Origin: Capsulimonadales bacterium
Lineage (GTDB): Bacteria; Armatimonadota; Armatimonadia; Armatimonadales; Armatimonadaceae
Length of the DNA stretch: 20,558 bases
Assembly: GCA_033762295.1 (NCBI GenBank)
Contig: JANRLW010000031.1
Coordinates: forward strand, 1-20,558
Direction of reading: 5' to 3'
Shown: positions 15,000 to 20,558 of the stretch, piece after piece
How the letters are laid out: each line of letters begins with the position of its first letter
How positions within the stretch are numbered: the first letter of the stretch is position 1
Position numbers and translations under genes: made by a program
The notes under the pieces: generated by a model
What the model saw: the letters and a program-made list of their open reading frames with translations, nothing else
What the model was told of the DNA's origin: nothing
The model's database searches: none

Positions 15000-17138
15000 T
15001 CAGTACTTCGGCGTCACACCGAGGGAAGTGAAAAGGAACGAGTAGACATCCGCCACCTCCTCGATCGCCTTCGTCAGGTTGGAGGAGCCGTGTCCCGATT
15101 TCGTCTCGATCCGGATCAGCAACGGCGATTGATGCGCGGCTTTTTCCTGCAGTGTCGCCGCGTACTTGAACGAGTGGGCCGGCACTACCCGGTCGTCATG
15201 GTCCGCCGTGGTGATCAGGACCGCCGGGTACTTTCCTCCCTCGCGGATATTGTGCATCGGCGAATATCGGAAGAGGTTCTCGAAATCCTCTTTGCTCTCT
15301 TCCGCCGAGCCGTATTCCGCCGTCCAGAACTTGCCTGCCGTGAACTTCGGGAAGCGCAGCATATCCATTACCCCGACCTGGGGAACCGCCGCCGCGAACA
15401 GTTCCGGTCGCTGGTTGATGACCGCCCCGACGAGCAGCCCGCCGTTGGAACCGCCCTGCACCGCCAGTCGCGCTGCGGACGTATACTTCTCGGCGATCAG
15501 GAACTCGGCGGCGGCGATGCAATCGTCAAAGACATTCTGCTTGCGTGTCTTCATCCCCGCCTCATGCCATTTTTCGCCGTACTCCGCGCCGCCGCGCAGG
15601 TTGGCGACCGCATAGATCCCGCCCTGTTCCAGCCAGCCGATTCTTGTCGGGGAGAAACTCGGGGTCAGGCTGATGTTGAACCCGCCGTACCCGTAGAGAA
15701 GTGTCGGATTCGTCCCGTCCCGCATCAGTCCCTTCCGGTAGGTCAGGAAGATCGGGACCTTCGTGCCGTCCTTGCTCGTGTAGAACCGCTGTTCGACCAC
15801 GTAATCCGACGGCTCGAAGTTCTTGATCTCCGGCGCGCGGAACAGGGTCGACTTCCCGGTGGCGATGTCATAGCGAAAGATCGTCGGAGGATAGTTGTAG
15901 GAGGTAAACGTATAAAAGACGAACCGGTCGTCGCGTTCGCCTCCGAAGCCGCCCGCCGATCCCGGCGCGGGCAACGCCACCTCATGCTCCTTCTTGCCGG
16001 TGTAATCGTACTGATAGACCCGTGACGTCACATCCTTCAGGTAGGTAACGAACAGTTTCCCCCCGGCGGTGGCGATCCCGGCGATCGGTTCCGCCTGTTC
16101 GGGAATGACCACCTTCGCCTTCCGCAAGTCCGGTTCCTTCGGATCGAACAGCACGACCTTCCAGTTCGGCGCGTCCTGATTGGTACGCACGAGAAACTTC
16201 CCGTTGTCCGTCTCATCGAGGACGCTGAAGCGATGTTCGCCGATCTCGGCGACAATCGGCGCGAACGGCGCGGTCAATTCGCCCGCCTTCCGCCAGTACA
16301 GCGCATTCCCCCGTTTTCCGGGTTCGGAAACGTACAGGAACTCCCACCGTTCGTCCTCGGTATTCCCGACCGACACCGATCGTTGGGGATGCTGCGGGTC
16401 CTCATAAACAAGTTTATCCTCGCTTTGGGGCGTGCCTACCCGGTGGAAGTAGACCTTCTGATCGTTGTTGGAGGCTGTCAGTTCCTGGCCCGGTTCGGGC
16501 TTCGGGTAACGGGAGTAGTAGAAGCCGTCGCCGCGCCATGACGCGCCCGAGAACTTCACCCAGTCGAGCCGATCCTCCAGTTTTTTCTTCGTCGCCACCT
16601 CCATCAGGTACATCTCCTGCCAGTCGGAGCCGCCGCGCGAGATGGCGTAGGAGGCGTACTTCGCTTCGCCGGAGAGATAGAATCCGGCCAGGGCGACCGT
16701 GCCGTCCTCGGAGAACGTATTGGGATCGAGAAAAACCTCCGGCGTCCCTTCCAGCCCCTTCTGTACGAAGAGAACGGACTGGTTCTGCAGGCCGGAGTTT
16801 CGGGAGAAGAAGACCGAGTCCTTTTTGACCGCCGGCGCGCCGTACCGGGGATAGTTCATGATTTCGAGAAGACGGTCCTTGACCCTGGTTCGGAACGGAA
16901 TCTTTTCCAGAAAGCCGAAGGTCACCCGATTCTGGGCCTCGACCCAGGCCCGGGTATCGGCGGAGTTATCGTCCTCCAGCCATCGGTACGGATCGGCGAC
17001 CGTCGTGCCGAAGTAGGTGTCGGTCCGCTCGACCCGGCGGGTCTCAGGGTAGGAAAGGGTTTGTGCGTTCACAGTGGTTATCACGCCCGCTATGAGAGCA
17101 GCGGTGAAAGCGGCGCTGGCCGCCGGGGTCCGTCGCAT
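15000..17138 (-). CDS. prolyl oligopeptidase (peptidase S9A), secreted
   Basis: Signal peptide ending VNA-Q. DPYRWLEDD, YGYGGFN, NLRGGAEYG, catalytic GGSNGG (Ser), DHDDRV (Asp), SGHG (His). Start is ATG 17138 or TTG 17141. Confidence 0.96.
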   Translation of the reverse strand: MRRTPAASAAFTAALIAGVITTVNAQTLSYPETRRVERTDTYFGTTVADPYRWLEDDNSADTRAWVEAQNRVTFGFLEKIPFRTRVKDRLLEIMNYPRYGAPAVKKDSVFFSRNSGLQNQSVLFVQKGLEGTPEVFLDPNTFSEDGTVALAGFYLSGEAKYASYAISRGGSDWQEMYLMEVATKKKLEDRLDWVKFSGASWRGDGFYYSRYPKPEPGQELTASNNDQKVYFHRVGTPQSEDKLVYEDPQHPQRSVSVGNTEDERWEFLYVSEPGKRGNALYWRKAGELTAPFAPIVAEIGEHRFSVLDETDNGKFLVRTNQDAPNWKVVLFDPKEPDLRKAKVVIPEQAEPIAGIATAGGKLFVTYLKDVTSRVYQYDYTGKKEHEVALPAPGSAGGFGGERDDRFVFYTFTSYNYPPTIFRYDIATGKSTLFRAPEIKNFEPSDYVVEQRFYTSKDGTKVPIFLTYRKGLMRDGTNPTLLYGYGGFNISLTPSFSPTRIGWLEQGGIYAVANLRGGAEYGEKWHEAGMKTRKQNVFDDCIAAAEFLIAEKYTSAARLAVQGGSNGGLLVGAVINQRPELFAAAVPQVGVMDMLRFPKFTAGKFWTAEYGSAEESKEDFENLFRYSPMHNIREGGKYPAVLITTADHDDRVVPAHSFKYAATLQEKAAHQSPLLIRIETKSGHGSSNLTKAIEEVADVYSFLFTSLGVTPKY

Positions 17139-17167
17139 CAAGGTTTGCGGTGTCTTTCTTTTTTCGT

Positions 17168-17196
17168 ATCCTAACCGAACTTGCCTTCTCTGTCAA
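17168..17196 (-). promoter_or_regulatory. sigma70 promoter of the prolyl oligopeptidase gene
   Basis: Minus strand TTGACA (17196-17191), N17, TAGGAT (17173-17168). Confidence 0.75.
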
Positions 17197-17204
17197 AAAG
17201 GCGA

Positions 17205-19172
17205 TCAGGTGGCGAACGTTCGGAACATCTCCAGTCCGGTCAGCGAGCCGAACAGGCTCCACGCCGCTCCGGTCACAAAATCGCCCAGGATCAGGCCCAG
17301 GAAGAACGGCAGCGCCGTTCGGAACATCTTGATACCCCCGTAGCGGAGGATCAGGCTTTTCGCGGTCCAGGCGATGAACATATCGCCCCAGAAGAAGTCG
17401 TTGGCGAAACTGGCGTTCAGCGCATAGGCGGCCGGATGGAACGGAAGATCGAAGAAACGGGTGCGAAGCGCGGCCAGCGACACGGTGAACCCCGCGCCGA
17501 AGATCATGGCCAGGAGCGCCGGGACGTTCGGCGGCTTCGGGTTATGTAGCCAGTTCCCCAGGTTCGACCAGGCTTCCGACCCCTTCCAGTGACGCCACCC
17601 GTTGACATTGCCCGTTTTCGCCCCGTACGTATAGTACAGGTTCAGGTCCCAGAGAATAGCGGCGACCAGTGCGACGACGACGGCGAACGCCATCAGCCAG
17701 AGCAACGTACGCAGGCGACCCCGCGCGTTTTCCATTCCGACCATCCCCTCCATTTCGTGCGGCATTCCCACAGCCCGGTAATCGAGGTTGAACCAGGAAA
17801 GCGTGGCCATGTGCGCCAGGTCGAGACGGGACAGGTTGGTCGTACCGAAAACGGTCGGCAACATCGTCTGCGGATTGACCCAGCCCAGTTCGGTGGACAG
17901 GACAGGCATTTCGGCCCGCAGACGCGTGATGGCGATCATGAACAGCAGATAGACGGAGAGGAAAAGGATGGGCAGCCACCAGGAGCCACCCCAGGACCAG
18001 GCGAACGCGCAAAGCGCCAGGAAACCGAACGTGAACCCGAGCACGACCGCACGCGCGCTCATCGGTTCGTCGCGGTCGATTCCGTGCGGGTCGCCTTCGA
18101 ATGTCCGGTCAATAAATCCGCGGATCGCCGCCCGGGACGACCAGAGCGCCATACCGCCCAGCGCCAGCCATGCGCCCCAGCTTTGATAACCGATATACGG
18201 GGGCTGATCGTTCGATTCCACCCCCCAGCCGAGAGCCGCGTCCCGCCACCCGACCGCCGTGCAACCGATCAGAACCGCCTTCTTCAGCAGGTAGAAGAAC
18301 CAGAGCGAAAAGGAAACGTCCGTGCTGACCAGAAAGCCGAATCCGACCCCGGCCGGGTGCATCTGGTAGAGGATCGACCCCGCGCCGGTCAGGGGGAACT
18401 GCAGCGAGGCATCCCATATCAGGTCCTTGACGCTGTTGATATGAAATACGGGCAAAGACGGATACAGGTATTGCAGCGAATTCAGCGAATGCAGGAAGAA
18501 GGGAAAGGCAAACCCGAGCCAGAGCAGATAGTTCCGAAAGAGCGGCGTCCCCTCGCGGGTCATCTCCAGCGGAACGGCGATTACCGGGAAGGGAAGCCGC
18601 TCCTCCGCCGCCCAGCGTCGCCGCAACAGCAGCGACAGACAGAGCGTGGTCCAGAGCAGGACGATAAAGAAGACGCTCCAGACAATCAGCGGGAACGCCC
18701 AGGCTTGCAGAATCCGTGGTTCGAACGCGTTCGCGTTGCCTTCGTAGAACCCCTTGACGATCGACGGGTCCTGCGGACCGAGATAGGGCGGCAAAAGATT
18801 CCAAAAGGATTTCCAGTCGTTACCCTCGGTCGCCTCATGGAACGGGTTCGCCAGAAAGGTCAAAAAGAACCCCATATGCCCGACGCCGCCGACGACGCTC
18901 GACAGGGACAGCATCGTGTAAAGCGCCATCAGTTCCGGCTGGTTGAACGCGACCTTCGGTCCGGCGAGGCGACGGACCAACAGATTCAGAAGCGTCACGA
19001 AGAAGAGGATGAAGACGACACCGCTGAACAGGGTGGAGATGGTCACCTCGGTGACCCCCGTCCGCATCTCGGAATTGGTGATCCAGCCCTCGTTGAGGAC
19101 AATCAACAGAAACGCCAGAAGGCTGACCGGAAACCAGCGCAGACGCCGATCCTCCGCCATCGCATTTTGCAT
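17205..19172 (-). CDS. DUF6785/DUF6784-like polytopic membrane protein (putative transporter)
   Basis: 655 aa with many TM segments. LLRRRWAAEERLPFPVIAVPLE, ITRLRAE, PFHPAAY, KSLILRYGG...ALPFFLGLILGDF are motifs recalled from this family. Confidence 0.75.
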   Translation of the reverse strand: MQNAMAEDRRLRWFPVSLLAFLLIVLNEGWITNSEMRTGVTEVTISTLFSGVVFILFFVTLLNLLVRRLAGPKVAFNQPELMALYTMLSLSSVVGGVGHMGFFLTFLANPFHEATEGNDWKSFWNLLPPYLGPQDPSIVKGFYEGNANAFEPRILQAWAFPLIVWSVFFIVLLWTTLCLSLLLRRRWAAEERLPFPVIAVPLEMTREGTPLFRNYLLWLGFAFPFFLHSLNSLQYLYPSLPVFHINSVKDLIWDASLQFPLTGAGSILYQMHPAGVGFGFLVSTDVSFSLWFFYLLKKAVLIGCTAVGWRDAALGWGVESNDQPPYIGYQSWGAWLALGGMALWSSRAAIRGFIDRTFEGDPHGIDRDEPMSARAVVLGFTFGFLALCAFAWSWGGSWWLPILFLSVYLLFMIAITRLRAEMPVLSTELGWVNPQTMLPTVFGTTNLSRLDLAHMATLSWFNLDYRAVGMPHEMEGMVGMENARGRLRTLLWLMAFAVVVALVAAILWDLNLYYTYGAKTGNVNGWRHWKGSEAWSNLGNWLHNPKPPNVPALLAMIFGAGFTVSLAALRTRFFDLPFHPAAYALNASFANDFFWGDMFIAWTAKSLILRYGGIKMFRTALPFFLGLILGDFVTGAAWSLFGSLTGLEMFRTFAT

Positions 19173-19178
19173 ACTTCT

Positions 19179-19208
19179 ACTTTAGGCCGTCGGCGACCCG
19201 TTGCGCAA
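19179..19208 (-). promoter_or_regulatory. putative leaderless promoter for the DUF6785-like gene
   Basis: Minus strand TTGCGC, N18, TAAAGT, N6, ATG (19172). No Shine-Dalgarno sequence. Confidence 0.5.
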
Positions 19209-19219
19209 GACCGAATTGG

Positions 19220-19281
19220 CCGGAGGGACGGACGCTCCGACAGGCGTTCCCCGTCCCCGGCAATCACCGGCAATCACCGGC
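19220..19281. repeat. hairpin plus 2.5 x 10-bp tandem repeat downstream of gltB
   Basis: GGGACGG (19225-19231)/CCGTCCC (19251-19257) stem with inner ACGC/GCGT. CCGGCAATCA x2 plus CCGGC at 19257-19281. Confidence 0.6.
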
Positions 19282-19293
19282 GAACGCGCCGAA

Positions 19294-20558
19294 TCAGGCT
19301 TTCACGGCCAGTTCCACGCGCCCGACCCCGTTGGAGCGTCCGTTCGCATGGACGCTGCCGTTCGTATCGGCCCGCTTCGCCATCAATGCCCGGTACTCCC
19401 GGCTGATGACCTTGACGAACCGGCCGCATGCGGTCTCCCAGTTCGCCAGAAGGTCGCGAGCGCGGGGCGATCCCGTGAACCCGGCATGACGAGAGATCAG
19501 TCGAAACAGGGCTTCCGCCTCCTCGCCTTCCGGCGTCTCAAGCAGAAGATTCTGTTCGCGGTTGATCCGCACCGGGAAACGTCCGTCCGGATCGTAGACA
19601 TAGGCGACGCCACCGCTCATACCCGCCGCGAAGTTCCGCCCGGTGTTTCCCAGCACGACGATCGTTCCGCCGGTCATGTACTCACAGCCATGATCGCCGA
19701 CCCCTTCCACGACCGCCGTCGCCCCCGAGTTCCGCACCGCGAACCGCTCACCGACCGTCCCCGCCAGGTACACCTCACCGCCGGTCGCCCCGTATAGCAG
19801 CGTATTCCCGGCAATCACATTGGCCGCCGGATCGAACGAAGCTCCGGACGGCGGATGGACCACGATCCGCCCGCCCGACATCCCCTTGCCCAGGTAATCG
19901 TTCGCCTCGCCCTCCAGGGTCAGGCTCATTCCCCCCGCCAGGAACGCTCCGAAACTCTGCCCGGCCGACCCGACGAAATGGATGCGGATCGTATCCTCGG
20001 GCAGTCCTTTCGCGCCGTACCGTTTTGCCACCTCGCCGGAGAGCATCGAGCCGCAGGTACGATTGGCGTTTCGGATGCTGATACGGAACTGCACCGGCTG
20101 TCCGTCCTCCAGCGCCGGTTTGCAGCGATCGATCAGATGATAATCCAGCGCGCCGTCCAGTCCGTGATCCTGCTTTTCGGCACACCGGGTGGCGACTTCC
20201 GGTCCGGCATACGCCCGGGTCAAAAGCAGGGACAGGTCCAGGCCCCGCGCCTTCCAAAAACGCAGCGAATCGGACATTTCCAGGCAGTCGGCCCGACCGA
20301 TCATTTCGTCGACCGTTCGGAAACCGAGCGACGCCATGATTTCGCGCAGCTCTTCGGCGACGAAGAAGAAGTAATTGATGACCTGTTCGGGCGTACCGGC
20401 GAACTTTTTGCGGAGCGCCGGGTCCTGGGTCGCGATGCCGACCGGGCAGGTCCCCAGATGGCAGACCCGCATCATGATGCACCCCTGCGCGACGAGGGGG
20501 GCGGACGCGAAGCCGAACTCCTCCGCCCCGAGAAGGGCTGCGACAGCGATATCCCGTC
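19294..20558 (-). CDS. gltB: glutamate synthase large (alpha) subunit, C-terminal part (5' end outside window)
   Basis: [11 protein letters not shown]...[20 protein letters not shown] ([3Fe-4S] ligands). GXGXG domain [44 protein letters not shown]. Confidence 0.97.
   Translation of the reverse strand, partial: RDIAVAALLGAEEFGFASAPLVAQGCIMMRVCHLGTCPVGIATQDPALRKKFAGTPEQVINYFFFVAEELREIMASLGFRTVDEMIGRADCLEMSDSLRFWKARGLDLSLLLTRAYAGPEVATRCAEKQDHGLDGALDYHLIDRCKPALEDGQPVQFRISIRNANRTCGSMLSGEVAKRYGAKGLPEDTIRIHFVGSAGQSFGAFLAGGMSLTLEGEANDYLGKGMSGGRIVVHPPSGASFDPAANVIAGNTLLYGATGGEVYLAGTVGERFAVRNSGATAVVEGVGDHGCEYMTGGTIVVLGNTGRNFAAGMSGGVAYVYDPDGRFPVRINREQNLLLETPEGEEAEALFRLISRHAGFTGSPRARDLLANWETACGRFVKVISREYRALMAKRADTNGSVHANGRSNGVGRVELAVKA

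Overview
GC-rich bacterial chromosomal window. The gene content (DUF6785-like membrane protein, DUF5060/GH5-like secreted proteins, MAGTNPYI-type ferredoxin) tentatively suggests Armatimonadota or a Planctomycetota-like lineage; this is inference only. The + strand (1-9941) carries the mreC 3' end, mreD, a [2Fe-2S] ferredoxin, a YbhB/YbcL (PEBP) lipoprotein, a Gfo/Idh/MocA oxidoreductase, a secreted clan GH-A-like hydrolase, a PlsC-like acyltransferase, an MFS transporter and a DUF5060/GH5-like hydrolase. The - strand (9966-20558), in transcription order, carries the gltB 3' end, a DUF6785-like polytopic membrane protein, a secreted prolyl oligopeptidase, gltD, a lower-GC two-gene islet, and pncA-pncB preceded by a perfect NrtR-type palindrome. 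The most unusual element is the islet (~12275-13365). It appears to have a promoter, two ribosome-binding sites and a terminator. It encodes a signal-peptide-bearing 9-Cys small protein interrupted by one in-frame TGA, followed by a membrane-anchored protein with an H-X9-DG-like C-terminal motif. No rRNA, tRNA, CRISPR array or transposase was recognised.
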